A DNA stretch of 64,000 nucleotides from positions 37,628 to 101,627 of the IMG/VR virus record IMGVR_UViG_3300022674_000045; one strand, written 5' to 3'. The notes beneath the pieces were generated by a model. That model had not been told where the DNA came from. It saw only the letters and a list, made by a program, of their open reading frames with translations, and searched no databases. Shown piece after piece: positions 9,809 through 20,443 of the stretch (its first letter is position 1; the number at the start of each line of letters is the position of its first letter). This DNA comes from a virus. A program made the translations under genes and the position numbers.

Positions 9809-10540
9809 TTACCTCACAAAATCGACCACAATACTTTTGGTAAAGGGGGCGATATAAAAATTGAAATACCTATCTCGATCAATATCGTTTGGATCCATAA
9901 TCTTCAATGTTGCTTTTGTCACTTCTACTTGCCCGTAACCTTTTAAGAAAATATTGAATTTCTTTTCCCCAACTGGGATTCCAAATAACTTTGCGTTTGT
10001 TGTCGTCATTAGACGATCTTTTATTACTTGAAGATTCCTGAAAATTGATTCTTTATTTGTAAAGTTTATTCTACAAATTGATTCATAGATTTTGTCCATT
10101 TCATCGTACCGAAATGAAACACCTTTAATTGTTGTCTTCATTTCACTATCTAATGCAATATATTTTTTACGATCAATTGACGAGATAAAGATTAGGAAAT
10201 GCTTTCTAATATTCAACGGAATCCCCTTCAGGTCGTTTATACGGAGAGTTCTTGTTGTGATGATACCATCATATTGTCTAAGCAAGATCTCACCGTCTGC
10301 CACATCATTGGCCCGAATATACTCATCTATAATCGACCTTGTGGTGTTCCTTAATAGAGATGTCAGGCGTGGATTTTTTCGCATCATTTTACCAATTTGA
10401 ATGTTGCGCTCGAGTTTATCTTCTTTATTAATTCCTGATAAATCCAATCCCAAATTTTGCATGATTGAATAGTGACAAGATTCAATATCATACAAATATA
10501 CATCTCTTAGAACTAACTTTACATTTTCATTAATATTCAT
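9809..10540 (-). CDS. Small family-B DNA polymerase-like catalytic domain
   Basis: YDIESCH (motif A-like), RQYDGII (motif C-like), KKYIAL and IKG; only 243 aa with no exonuclease domain. Confidence 0.5.
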   Translation of the reverse strand: MNINENVKLVLRDVYLYDIESCHYSIMQNLGLDLSGINKEDKLERNIQIGKMMRKNPRLTSLLRNTTRSIIDEYIRANDVADGEILLRQYDGIITTRTLRINDLKGIPLNIRKHFLIFISSIDRKKYIALDSEMKTTIKGVSFRYDEMDKIYESICRINFTNKESIFRNLQVIKDRLMTTTNAKLFGIPVGEKKFNIFLKGYGQVEVTKATLKIMDPNDIDRDRYFNFYIAPFTKSIVVDFVR

Positions 10541-10549
10541 TGTGAATAA

Positions 10550-10576
10550 TGGGGTGAGGTCTTTTCCCCCACCCCA
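10550..10576 (-). promoter_or_regulatory. Intergenic GC-rich hairpin (weak terminator or mRNA stabiliser)
   Basis: TGGGGTG...CACCCCA inverted repeat. Confidence 0.45.
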
Positions 10577-10582
10577 AACTCC

Positions 10583-11389
10583 TTACGCTAACAGACTAAT
10601 AATAACGCCATCAATTTGGACATGATGGTTAATGTCTGTCACATCAGATTGACGTTCTAGCAACCAATCAATAACTGTCTGGTATGTTGACATTTCATCA
10701 ATTGATTTCGCTGATTGTTTATAAAGAAGCTGAACTGTTTCGAGATCAGCATTTTGCCCGAGTCTTTCTGGTAATGGTGACCCTTGTCGATCAACCACTG
10801 TTAGCTCGGTATCTTTTTTCTTCAAACGCTCAATGTGATATGGAATGAGTTTTCCGCCGACCTGAGTACACAGCGTACAGATCAGTCCTGTTTTAACTCC
10901 ATATGTTTTCACAAAGATTGTTTCATTATATTGATGAATAATTCTGAAACCGTTATTATAAACATCCATTGAAACTGCGGGAAGATCTAATACTGGTGTT
11001 TCATCCGCATCATCGAATACTCTCAATGTGCGTTTGTCATTTCCATTTTCATCAACACCTTCCCCATTTTTTACTGCCATGATCAAAGACTTGTTTGCAT
11101 CAACCCCTCTGATCACTACTCTTACTTGATTGATATTATCAAGGGCCGAACCATTTCTATCAAACCAACTTGTGAGGTTTGTAAGAGATACAGAGTTTGC
11201 TGGAGCTACAGCTGGAGCTTCCTCAACTATTGGAGTCTCTGCTGGTGCAGCTTCCTCTTCCTCAATTGGAAGGTCTAAGTCGGTTTCTGAAAAAACCATT
11301 CCATTGTCTTCTGGTGTTGACTCTCTTACCATCTGTGATAAATTCTCATTCATGTTTTCATATTCTCCTTCTTTTTTTATTCTCTCCAT
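10583..11389 (-). CDS. Hypothetical protein with acidic, disordered N-terminus
   Basis: 268-aa ORF; likely start MNENLSQ after AGGAG. Confidence 0.7.
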   Translation of the reverse strand: MERIKKEGEYENMNENLSQMVRESTPEDNGMVFSETDLDLPIEEEEAAPAETPIVEEAPAVAPANSVSLTNLTSWFDRNGSALDNINQVRVVIRGVDANKSLIMAVKNGEGVDENGNDKRTLRVFDDADETPVLDLPAVSMDVYNNGFRIIHQYNETIFVKTYGVKTGLICTLCTQVGGKLIPYHIERLKKKDTELTVVDRQGSPLPERLGQNADLETVQLLYKQSAKSIDEMSTYQTVIDWLLERQSDVTDINHHVQIDGVIISLLA

Positions 11390-11718
11390 TTTGAAGCATC
11401 ACTTTCTGGATTCTCTCTCCATTTTTCAGGATCAATTATTGTATATGTTTCTAATGCTGCACCTGCAAGAGCCATAACTTTAATTAATTCTTCATATGCC
11501 TTAACCGGTGCAAAACCTCCATTTTCATATTCAACACAAGTTTTCATCCATGGAGGAAGATCCTTATCCCATTTGCCTGCATAAGCGGCTTTAGCTTTTT
11601 CTATGTATTTTTCAAGGAATACCAGAAAGCTTGGAAAACTTAATGAGGGATCGTCCTTGTATTCTCCAAAAACGCATCTCTCATAATCTCGTTCTTTTTC
11701 ATACAATCTTTTTATCAT
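11377..11718 (-). CDS. Hypothetical protein
   Basis: 113 aa with SD; helical, possibly MazG-like. Confidence 0.65.
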   Translation of the reverse strand: MIKRLYEKERDYERCVFGEYKDDPSLSFPSFLVFLEKYIEKAKAAYAGKWDKDLPPWMKTCVEYENGGFAPVKAYEELIKVMALAGAALETYTIIDPEKWRENPESDASKWRE

Positions 11719-12290
11719 GAGTTACTCCTTCTGAAATGCATATATAGTCTATCTAATAATAAATTTCTTGATGCATTTGAATCATCGTAGTGCATATTTA
11801 AAATTTCTAAAATATTCGTCGGGAGTGCTTTTTGAATATACTTTTGTGTCAAAGGTTTAGGAAATGGAATCTTTAAATCGAATGGTTTACTACTCCAATA
11901 ATGTCTCATGTGACCGGCACTCTCTCCAGTCAACATCATTACAACACAACCATAATCATAGAATGTTCGATATTTAAATTTTATTTTGCGGTAACGCCCA
12001 GCAATTATAGCATATTGATTTACTGCATATCTTGGAACTCTTTTATCCCTTGGATAATATTTCTTTTTATCACCGGGCTTCAAGAACCATCTCTGCCAGT
12101 TATGAGGTAACATTTTTATAAACCCATCATAAAATTTCACAATATCACCTTTTCTTAAATACATTGCTGGATTATCATCAAGATATTCTCTGATATATTG
12201 AACAGACCCGGCACCAGCAAATCTACCATTTCTATGATTTGTATATGCTTGATATGACCCTCTTTCTGATTGTTTATTCCACGGTAACAT
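11715..12290 (-). CDS. Hypothetical basic protein
   Basis: ORF 11715..12377; probable start MLPWNKQ at 12290 abutting the folE2 stop. Confidence 0.6.
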   Translation of the reverse strand: MLPWNKQSERGSYQAYTNHRNGRFAGAGSVQYIREYLDDNPAMYLRKGDIVKFYDGFIKMLPHNWQRWFLKPGDKKKYYPRDKRVPRYAVNQYAIIAGRYRKIKFKYRTFYDYGCVVMMLTGESAGHMRHYWSSKPFDLKIPFPKPLTQKYIQKALPTNILEILNMHYDDSNASRNLLLDRLYMHFRRSNS

Positions 12291-12291
12291 T

Positions 12292-13188
12292 TTACAAATA
12301 CCTTTTTCCACTGAACCCTCCAGGAACTCCCTTCCAATTAATAGCGATAGCTTCAGATGTATGAATGGATTCTTCATGTGAACACTTTACAATCCAATCA
12401 TGAATAGCTGGATTACCATCCAATACATTAGAGATTTCACGAATTGCATCTTCAACAAACATTGGATTTTCAGCCGCAACTCTTGCAATCTCCTGCTCAT
12501 CAACTCTTTTAATTACAGGATATGGTAGGGTTTTAATTCTTGATTCAACTGATTCGATAATGTCCTCCAACCAAAGATAATTTGATTCTTCAACCTCGAC
12601 TAAAATGTCAGCGAATGATCTTTGATTGTGAGGAAACCCTCGACTATTATTTTCTCCTAAATGACTACATAATTCTGCTGAACACGGACAGTAAGATGCA
12701 TATTGTATTCTCACACCCTGATAGAATCTGAATACATCTTCTAATTTATAAACGTCCACTGGTTCAACATTTGTTTTTGTCAATTCTAACTGACCTTCAA
12801 ATCTACATCTGTAGTAAATTGGAAATTGGTTGTCAGATAAAATTGATTTGCGGTTGATCGGCATACGAAATTCAAACCGCATATAACTTGCTATACTTTC
12901 AACATTAACCTTTAAGTCTTCTAATATCTGTTTAATCAATTTGTGTTTCAATGGCAAATCCAAATATGGTTTTAGTGTCAGGAGAAGTCGAGACATTGAA
13001 ATACCTTTGGTATCTTTGTCTAGGTGAGTCCGCATAGAAACATTTGCGTTTAGTTGATGGAATCCTCCGTATTTTGATTCTAATTTAAACGGAACCTCAA
13101 CATTCTCGACCCCCACCTGTTGAATAGGGATGTGGATATTTGGAGATTCGCATTGAATATCTGGTAGACATTCTTTGCTATACGTCAT
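12292..13188 (-). CDS. folE2: GTP cyclohydrolase I type B (FolE2)
   Basis: KGISMSRL, YCPCS, PHNQRS, NPMFVED and ESIH motifs. Confidence 0.92.
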   Translation of the reverse strand: MTYSKECLPDIQCESPNIHIPIQQVGVENVEVPFKLESKYGGFHQLNANVSMRTHLDKDTKGISMSRLLLTLKPYLDLPLKHKLIKQILEDLKVNVESIASYMRFEFRMPINRKSILSDNQFPIYYRCRFEGQLELTKTNVEPVDVYKLEDVFRFYQGVRIQYASYCPCSAELCSHLGENNSRGFPHNQRSFADILVEVEESNYLWLEDIIESVESRIKTLPYPVIKRVDEQEIARVAAENPMFVEDAIREISNVLDGNPAIHDWIVKCSHEESIHTSEAIAINWKGVPGGFSGKRYL

Positions 13189-13462
13189 GGATTTTATTCT
13201 CCTCTAATATTAATTTGAATATCTCTCTTTCAAATTGCTCCTTCCACTCTTCAAATTCTTCATAACCTTTTTCACCGTATATCGGACCAATATTGTGAGT
13301 CCTATCATTTGAGCAATGAATGTTAAGAGCGGCTTGAACCCAAAGATCTGGGTTTGTATCTCGAACCACTTTACCACTTTCATCAATATAGAAATAATAA
13401 TCAGTTCTTTCATATGTGGCAGCTAATAATCCACCACATGTTTCACAATGTCTATCTTTCAT
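13178..13462 (-). CDS. Hypothetical protein, putative Zn-binding
   Basis: 94 aa with CETC and C..H ligands. Confidence 0.6.
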   Translation of the reverse strand: MKDRHCETCGGLLAATYERTDYYFYIDESGKVVRDTNPDLWVQAALNIHCSNDRTHNIGPIYGEKGYEEFEEWKEQFEREIFKLILEENKIHDV

Positions 13463-13716
13463 AGGACTAAATCCTTTGGATCAAAATATTGTGGGTCTAC
13501 TGGCTTTTCTTCTTCAACTTTCTTTTCAATTTTTACATCACCAACAATACCTTCTTTTGCTCGTAATTTATCAACCTGTTCGTTTATTGATTTAACTCTT
13601 GCTTTTATTTCTTCGAGTCTTGATCTTGGACCTGCTGGTTGCCAGTCATAAGAAAATGATGAAGTATCTGATGAAGAAGAAGCATAATCGTAATAGTAAT
13701 CACTCAACATTGTCAT
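13459..13716 (-). CDS. Hypothetical protein
   Basis: 85 aa; translationally coupled to RNAP beta gene. Confidence 0.6.
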   Translation of the reverse strand: MTMLSDYYYDYASSSSDTSSFSYDWQPAGPRSRLEEIKARVKSINEQVDKLRAKEGIVGDVKIEKKVEEEKPVDPQYFDPKDLVL

Positions 13717-16700
13717 TTGTGATCAACTCCTATCACTGTGAGATATGAGTTCAATAGCTTTACTGATTCTGGCATTGTATCAAGTTCTTTTGTATCATCC
13801 AGAAGATTTTGCTCAATGAACCCCCTGATATAACTATTTTTCAAATCAATACAATCTGATTTGGTTGTTAAGAACTCAAATAAATTGCATGGAGCATCAT
13901 GACCGATCAAACATGCGGTTTCCATTTCACCACATCTCTGACCGCCCTTATTCTTTCTGCCACCCAATGGTTGAAGCGTTCTTCGTGCATATGCTCCAAT
14001 ACCACGAGCGGCCAATTTCTCTTCTGCAATATGAACCATTCTAAAGAAATAAATATAACCAACAGCAATTTCATTTATAATTTCTGCTGCTGACAATGGG
14101 TCATATAATTTTTGTTTGAAATCTGTCCCTGTATATTCTAATGCCTTTTTAACATCTTCTAAACATGATGATTCAAATGGAGGCTGTATGATTGATAAAT
14201 CTTTAATGAAAGAAACTGTAATCTTTTCTGGCATTTGTTGTTCAAACTGATTGTAATACCATCCACCATTTGTTTTGTCAATAATTTTTATGTAATTCAA
14301 GAGATACTTTTTAATATCACTTTGTTTTTCTTTTGCATTTAACATCTTTAGCATATTGATTTTCAAATCTTGAACTGACATGGCCATATGCAATTCATAA
14401 AGCTGGCCAATGTTCATTCTTGAAATGATACCCAATGGGTTGATACAAATATCAAGATGTCGTCCGTCTTTTAACTTTGGCATTTTTTCATGGGGAACTA
14501 TTCTTGAAATGACACCTTTGTTACCATGTCTATTCGCCATTTTATCACCAACCTGAACTTTACGGAAATGAACACCATACATCTCAATTTTTATTCCTGC
14601 AATTTTTTCTCTTTTAAACTTGTATTTTCCAACATATGAAAATTTATCAAGATTGTTTTCTCGAATTATCTTCAATGCTTCATTTTTCTCAAACGTATCT
14701 TTAATGATTTTTTGAAGATATTTCTCTTTCATTTGTTGTTTGGATATTCTCTTTTCAACCCATTCTTGAAATTGTGGAATTTCATTATTCCATTCATTTG
14801 CAAATAAGTTCACTTCTGAAATGATAAAATTCCTTTTTGCTTCCAGAGTAATTGGTTCCGAGAATACTGAATATTGATCTTCGGAATTTAACTTTTTAAT
14901 TATTGCATATGGGTCGCCTCGATTTATTCTTTCGAGTTCGTCTGGAAGTGGTTTGTATTCGTCTTTTTCTAATGATAATAAAACTTTATCTGGAGTTAAT
15001 GTAAATGATAAATCTTCATAATGAACAGATGTTAAAACATCTTCATCAACCAATCTTTTTGAAATTACAATTCCATCTTCATAATTGTTTCCATAATAGA
15101 CCATGACACCAGTTAATAAATTTTTACCAATGTTAATTTTTCCATCAAAACAAAAATTGCTTTCAGCAAGAATATCCCCAGCTTTAAACTTATCTCCTGG
15201 TTGGACATAAATATTCATTACATCCATATGTTCGACATATATTTTTCTATATGCAACATTGAAAATATCTGGTTGACCATCTGAATACATTACTATAATA
15301 TATTCTTTATCAATGTGAACTACCTCTCCATCTTTTTTTGCTTTTTTAACAAACTGTGTCTGATCAGAATACAATCCTTCACATCCTGAAGCAATCAATG
15401 GTGGATCAAAATTCTTTAACATGATTGATTGGCGCATTTGTGAGGATGCCATTTGTAATCTTGTTTGATCATCATGTTTTAAGAACGGCGTCATTGATAC
15501 AGGAATTGATAATGGTTGCTTTTCACATATCTCCCTTGTAAACCGAAGATCTTCATCTACTTTAACATTGGGTATTAGGTTTTGTAGAACTCCACAATTA
15601 TCACGATCAGGAGTATCTACTGGGCATATACGACCAAACATTGTTGGGCATATATCTCTTAAATGGCTTGGTATGTTTTCTCTTTTAAAACCACCAGGCC
15701 CCAACAGGCTAATTCTTGAAAGCTTTGTTAATTCTTCAACTGGATTAATAGAAAAATCAAATTGAACTATATCAGAAACATTACACTCCGATAAGATTTG
15801 TGTGGTATTTGTACTAAATTTTGGTTGTCTTGCTGTCCGGTTTGAAAAACATAAATCGAATATTATCTTTGAAACTTTTGCACCAACCATATATTCAAAA
15901 CATCTAATTCTTTTATTTGTAAATAATGTATCATCGACAAATCCTTCCTCAATAATATAAAGGATTTCATCTAACAATGTATCTTTGAAGAAGAATTTTC
16001 TGCTTATTGGATCAACTTTTGGAATTAAATCAATAGCATATAAAATATCTTCGCCTTTGGATTTTGCATTATATTTTGAATACTTTCTTCCAAGTTCAGA
16101 AACAAAATCGTCTTGAGTATAACCTCTTGAATTATCCATTATATCGTCAAGGTCAGCTCTTAAAATTTCATATAAATTTTCTGACTTGAGATCAATTGGT
16201 GCTGATAAATTGAACTTGCTTTTTATTTCATCAGCTGTATAATAAGCGCATAATACATTTACTAATGAGATTTTCTTACCAAGAAAACTCATTTTAACAA
16301 ACGGTCTTTCACGAGTGTCAAGAAACAACATAATTGTTGCAACATTTGTCCGAATCTTAATATTCTCACCTCTTGTTACAACCGGAATATCAAATAATTG
16401 AAATAGAGGAACTTTTCTTCTTCCATTGATGATAACATAATTGTTGTCAATCAACTTCGGAATGAAAATGCTCAAATCAATATTTGCACTTCCTTTTTGA
16501 AGTTTGATTGCTAATGTTTGCTTGACTGTTTTTGATAATTCGCCAGATGAAAATCTGGAATCTTTTAAATCTAATTCTGTAATTGTAAATCCAATTTCTT
16601 GTACTGGAGCAACTATTTCTCGGACTAACGGTAAAATTTGGTCATAGTCTTTTCTTCTCATTGTGAAGATGTTATTAGCTTCGTCTTGAAGCTTAAAAGT

Positions 16701-16718
16701 AGGATTAATTATGTCCAA
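13713..16718 (-). CDS. Multisubunit RNA polymerase beta-like subunit, set 1 (probably non-virion RNAP)
   Basis: GRICPVDTPD, GDKMANRHGNKGVISRI, NPLGIISRMNIGQ and GGQRCGEME motifs; 1001 aa, unsplit. Confidence 0.93.
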   Translation of the reverse strand: MDIINPTFKLQDEANNIFTMRRKDYDQILPLVREIVAPVQEIGFTITELDLKDSRFSSGELSKTVKQTLAIKLQKGSANIDLSIFIPKLIDNNYVIINGRRKVPLFQLFDIPVVTRGENIKIRTNVATIMLFLDTRERPFVKMSFLGKKISLVNVLCAYYTADEIKSKFNLSAPIDLKSENLYEILRADLDDIMDNSRGYTQDDFVSELGRKYSKYNAKSKGEDILYAIDLIPKVDPISRKFFFKDTLLDEILYIIEEGFVDDTLFTNKRIRCFEYMVGAKVSKIIFDLCFSNRTARQPKFSTNTTQILSECNVSDIVQFDFSINPVEELTKLSRISLLGPGGFKRENIPSHLRDICPTMFGRICPVDTPDRDNCGVLQNLIPNVKVDEDLRFTREICEKQPLSIPVSMTPFLKHDDQTRLQMASSQMRQSIMLKNFDPPLIASGCEGLYSDQTQFVKKAKKDGEVVHIDKEYIIVMYSDGQPDIFNVAYRKIYVEHMDVMNIYVQPGDKFKAGDILAESNFCFDGKINIGKNLLTGVMVYYGNNYEDGIVISKRLVDEDVLTSVHYEDLSFTLTPDKVLLSLEKDEYKPLPDELERINRGDPYAIIKKLNSEDQYSVFSEPITLEAKRNFIISEVNLFANEWNNEIPQFQEWVEKRISKQQMKEKYLQKIIKDTFEKNEALKIIRENNLDKFSYVGKYKFKREKIAGIKIEMYGVHFRKVQVGDKMANRHGNKGVISRIVPHEKMPKLKDGRHLDICINPLGIISRMNIGQLYELHMAMSVQDLKINMLKMLNAKEKQSDIKKYLLNYIKIIDKTNGGWYYNQFEQQMPEKITVSFIKDLSIIQPPFESSCLEDVKKALEYTGTDFKQKLYDPLSAAEIINEIAVGYIYFFRMVHIAEEKLAARGIGAYARRTLQPLGGRKNKGGQRCGEMETACLIGHDAPCNLFEFLTTKSDCIDLKNSYIRGFIEQNLLDDTKELDTMPESVKLLNSYLTVIGVDHK

Positions 16719-16731
16719 GATTTAAACCTCC

Positions 16732-16917
16732 CTATTCTTTATATTCTTTTTGGTACTCATTCAAACATTTTTCTAACTTGTCATCCTCAACATAGTAAGG
16801 ATCTTGATTCATATTTAAAGTGTTCATTATAAGTTGCGTTAGACGGAGATCCGGGTTTGCTACCCAGATCTCACGAATACGCTCTAAAATTCTATTAATT
16901 CTTTTCGGGTCTCTCAC
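16732..16917 (-). CDS. Small DUF1040/YihD-like protein
   Basis: MRDPKRI..IW..NPDLRLTQL motif, common in phages. Confidence 0.6.
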   Translation of the reverse strand: MRDPKRINRILERIREIWVANPDLRLTQLIMNTLNMNQDPYYVEDDKLEKCLNEYQKEYKE

Positions 16918-19634
16918 GTTATCTTTTCTCCCTTGAGAATCTTATCCATAACTCCAGAATATCTTCCTTCATATAAGATTCCCTGTAATATTGATCTCTT
17001 TGGATTTGAGAAAGCCATTGCTAATATCCAGCTTTCTTGGTTTGGTACAGATTGAATGCTGTAATAATCGGGTTCAACTACAGCCCTATCATCTTTCAAC
17101 CGCCACTTTCTGTAATTTTTCCACATAAGCTGTGCAACAACACATTCAAAATGTACATGGTATATATCTTTATCATATACTGCAAATAAATCATGAACTA
17201 TGTCTGTATATGTTTTTCCCCTAAATTTGTGTAGTAACTGTGCGACTGATGATAGATCACCAATGATGTCTTTTTGTCTTACCGTTGGATCATTTGGATC
17301 ACTTGGCTCACCTTGTTCGCCTTTGATAACAGCAGATCCAGATGTATGGAATGTTCGCAGAACCAATTGAGTTCCTCTTTCACCAAGGGTTTGTGCTGCA
17401 ATAATTCCTATAAATCTACTGTTCAAACTTTTGTATAAATCTCCGTAACATGTTTTGCATATTTTTGGATTTTTACAAAGTATCGGACTTCTAATTTCAA
17501 TTAGTTTTCCGACCAATTGTTTGTAATTATTTTTTGTTATTAATTGAAGACCATCATTTTCTTTGTAATATCTGTTAACCAACATTCTTGCTTTTCGTTC
17601 TGAATTAACATCGACTTGTAAAAAGTCATCAGTTCCACAATCATCTAATTGATCATCAATCTGTAAATTAGCACATGTAAAAATTAATTTTCTTGAAAGA
17701 TAACCAGATGTTCCTGTATTCAATGCAACATCAAGAAGACCCTTTCTACAACCATATGTTGAAAAGAAAAACTCTTCTGGGGTCAATCCTTCGATTAAGG
17801 AATGTTTAATTGGGGTTGGTAAAATTTCCCCATCAAAATTTGAAATGAAACCACGACTTAAAATTAATTGTTTAACCTGATCCCAAGTACCTCTTGCGCC
17901 TGACTCAATCATATATGCATATTTAAAATGATCTTTCAATTCATTAATCATTTTATCATCTGAAAGAGCTGTTAACTGTTCTCTAAGATCGCCTTTTGAA
18001 AAAACTTCATCTCTTATCTCTTGTGCTCTATCAAGAGAAAAATCATCTAACGACATTGTACAACCATATAATGTTGCATATTTGAATCCAATTTTCTTTA
18101 CATTGTCCAAGATTTGAATTACTTGTTCTGGTGGATATTTATCTTTAACATTATTCAATATTTCCATCAGTCTTCCTTTTGCAATTATTCCTGTTACTAA
18201 AGGATAATCTTCAGGAAGTTGATTATTAAATTCTGCTTCTCCCCATGGAATTTGTTTTCCCTTGCATGTTAATTTCTCTTTTGATTCATTAAATATCGGG
18301 GATGTTAAATAATAAATTCCGAGAATAACATCTTGGCTTGGAGTTGTTGTAAGAGTTTCATTTGCTGGGCTACTTAAATTTTTCACAATAGAAATTTTTG
18401 CTATAACTTCTTCTTTTGCTTCACTTGTAATTGGGACATAAACTGCCATTTGATCTCCATCGAAATCTGCATTGAATGGCGGGCATACTAATGGATGAAT
18501 CTTAATAACATGATCGGTTGTTAATTTAATTTTAAATGCAAGCATCCCTAATTTATGAAGCGATGGTTGTCGGTTTAATACACAATATTCATTTGTAATA
18601 ACTGTTTCGCAAACTCTATAAAGAATCAAATTATCTTTATCAATACATTCATCTACAAAATCAATTGCTTTATTCAACAACTTAAATTTTCCCAACTCAA
18701 TAATTCTTTTAGCTATTGGTAATTTAAATATTTCTAATATCATCAAATATGGTAATTTACATTCATCCAACGCTAATGTTGGGTCAGGAGTAATAACGGC
18801 TCTACCAGAGAAATCAATTCTTTTACCAAGAATATTTCCACGAATCAATCCCTCTTTCTTTGCCATTTTTTCTAAAATCCTTGTGTACAACTCATTGACA
18901 TCTTTCTGTAATTGTTTGAAATATGTATAATACACGGCTTTATCTCTGTGAATATCAATAATTGTATCTTTCATTATTTCTTTTTTCGTTAATATCTGGA
19001 CATAATATCTATTTATTTTGTCCATTAATTGTTTGGCTTCTCCTGAGCTTTTTGATGTTGGTCTTAAATCTGGTGGGAGAACTATAATTTGATCAATTAA
19101 CAAATTATCAATATTCTCCATTACAGTTTCCCATTCCTTTACATTATCAGCTAAAGCATCTTCAGCATATGTTTTGACCAACTGTAGAATTGCATCTGTT
19201 CGCTCCCACCTTTGTGCATCAATGGGGATTGTATCTTCATTCATCGTAACAACAAATTCTTCGTCTGTCATATAAAGAACGCTTTTGTCATTACGCATTA
19301 AATCATCCAATGCTTTTTTGAAATTCTTTCCTGCAATATCAACTAACAAATCATAAAACAATGGATTTACAACTTTAATTGGAATTGTGATTTTAGCAAA
19401 TCTTTTTCTTCGTTCATCACTGTTAACTATGTCCACGCCACATTCTTTACATTGCCCGCCGACTTTTGAAACACCATGATATTTTCCACATTGACATGTA
19501 TAATTTCTCACGGGTCCAAAAATTTGCTCAGAGAATAATCCTTCAGAATGAAATTTTCTTTTTCCGAATGTTTTTAGAGACGTTACTTCGTCTAGGTTTT
19601 CACAAAAAGATGCGTAATCTAAAATCTTTGGCAT
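16914..19634 (-). CDS. Multisubunit RNA polymerase beta'-like subunit, set 1
   Basis: Catalytic NADFDGD, GKRIDFSGRAVI, NRQPSLH, N-terminal Zn finger CQCGKY..CKEC, LRTFHT; 906 aa. Confidence 0.95.
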   Translation of the reverse strand: MPKILDYASFCENLDEVTSLKTFGKRKFHSEGLFSEQIFGPVRNYTCQCGKYHGVSKVGGQCKECGVDIVNSDERRKRFAKITIPIKVVNPLFYDLLVDIAGKNFKKALDDLMRNDKSVLYMTDEEFVVTMNEDTIPIDAQRWERTDAILQLVKTYAEDALADNVKEWETVMENIDNLLIDQIIVLPPDLRPTSKSSGEAKQLMDKINRYYVQILTKKEIMKDTIIDIHRDKAVYYTYFKQLQKDVNELYTRILEKMAKKEGLIRGNILGKRIDFSGRAVITPDPTLALDECKLPYLMILEIFKLPIAKRIIELGKFKLLNKAIDFVDECIDKDNLILYRVCETVITNEYCVLNRQPSLHKLGMLAFKIKLTTDHVIKIHPLVCPPFNADFDGDQMAVYVPITSEAKEEVIAKISIVKNLSSPANETLTTTPSQDVILGIYYLTSPIFNESKEKLTCKGKQIPWGEAEFNNQLPEDYPLVTGIIAKGRLMEILNNVKDKYPPEQVIQILDNVKKIGFKYATLYGCTMSLDDFSLDRAQEIRDEVFSKGDLREQLTALSDDKMINELKDHFKYAYMIESGARGTWDQVKQLILSRGFISNFDGEILPTPIKHSLIEGLTPEEFFFSTYGCRKGLLDVALNTGTSGYLSRKLIFTCANLQIDDQLDDCGTDDFLQVDVNSERKARMLVNRYYKENDGLQLITKNNYKQLVGKLIEIRSPILCKNPKICKTCYGDLYKSLNSRFIGIIAAQTLGERGTQLVLRTFHTSGSAVIKGEQGEPSDPNDPTVRQKDIIGDLSSVAQLLHKFRGKTYTDIVHDLFAVYDKDIYHVHFECVVAQLMWKNYRKWRLKDDRAVVEPDYYSIQSVPNQESWILAMAFSNPKRSILQGILYEGRYSGVMDKILKGEKIT

Positions 19635-19639
19635 GTGTT

Positions 19640-19894
19640 TTATTCTCCTATGGTTCCAAATTTATTAACAAGAAATTCACCTATTTCATAGAAATGTTGT
19701 TTCACCTTGTCTGAAATAATTCGATCTAAGTCTGGCATCAATTCTCGAGCCACAATTCTTATATCATCAATTGCAAGGTCTATTAATCTTTCTCGTAGAG
19801 CTTTATCAATAAGTTTAACAATTTCTTGTTCGAGCATTGAATGTTGTTCTTCTTCCATAATGTCTTTAGGAAATAATATCTTTTTCTCTATCAT
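19640..19894 (-). CDS. Hypothetical protein
   Basis: 84-aa helical ORF directly upstream of beta'. Confidence 0.6.
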   Translation of the reverse strand: MIEKKILFPKDIMEEEQHSMLEQEIVKLIDKALRERLIDLAIDDIRIVARELMPDLDRIISDKVKQHFYEIGEFLVNKFGTIGE

Positions 19895-20099
19895 TACATT
19901 TCCCTTTTCCTGATATTTTCTCTTTTGCTTTTATTGCATATTTGTCTGCAACATCAGAGAAAACATCTTTTGTTCGCTCTACAAGAGCATCAAATATATC
20001 TCTTGAAGCAGATTTTACTGCTTTTGTTAATTCATCAACAACCCCACAAGCTTTCTCTGTGAGTTGTTCATCCGTTAGTCTCTTATTGTCGTTTGCCAT
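19866..20099 (-). CDS. Hypothetical protein
   Basis: 77-aa amphipathic helical ORF with SD. Confidence 0.55.
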   Translation of the reverse strand: MANDNKRLTDEQLTEKACGVVDELTKAVKSASRDIFDALVERTKDVFSDVADKYAIKAKEKISGKGKCNDREKDIIS

Positions 20100-20443
20100 G
20101 CTCCTATCACCTCTTGTTTCCTGTATTCTATTTCATCCCAAGGTGTAAAGTAACAATCATCTAAATTAAAGCAACATAGCATCGTTGAAATCATCTTCAA
20201 TGTATTTTCGTTTAATTCTAACTCCCTTAATTTATTTGGAATACAAAATTCACCTGTACCTGGATCAGCATTTGGATGTGGATTATTTAAAAATATATTA
20301 TCTATTTTTCCATCTACTGTTTGAATTTTATATCCGCGAATAACAAACTTTGGATCTAATTTTAATATTTCATGAATTTGATTTCTAAAAATTAACTTGT
20401 AAGGAGTATGAACATTTCTGATTGTTTCAGTTTTTATGTTCAT
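20075..20443 (-). CDS. Mini E2 (UBC-fold)-like protein
   Basis: PHPNADPGTGEFCIP matches the E2 HPN-x5-G-x2-C active-site signature; coupled to the upstream ThiF gene. Confidence 0.6.
   Translation of the reverse strand: MNIKTETIRNVHTPYKLIFRNQIHEILKLDPKFVIRGYKIQTVDGKIDNIFLNNPHPNADPGTGEFCIPNKLRELELNENTLKMISTMLCCFNLDDCYFTPWDEIEYRKQEVIGAWQTTIRD

Noticed and set aside
13713-19634. Cellular rpoBC operon (bacterial chromosome origin)
   Set aside because: Reversed order, reduced size, duplicated pair, no ribosomal protein neighbours, and terminase and tail genes nearby
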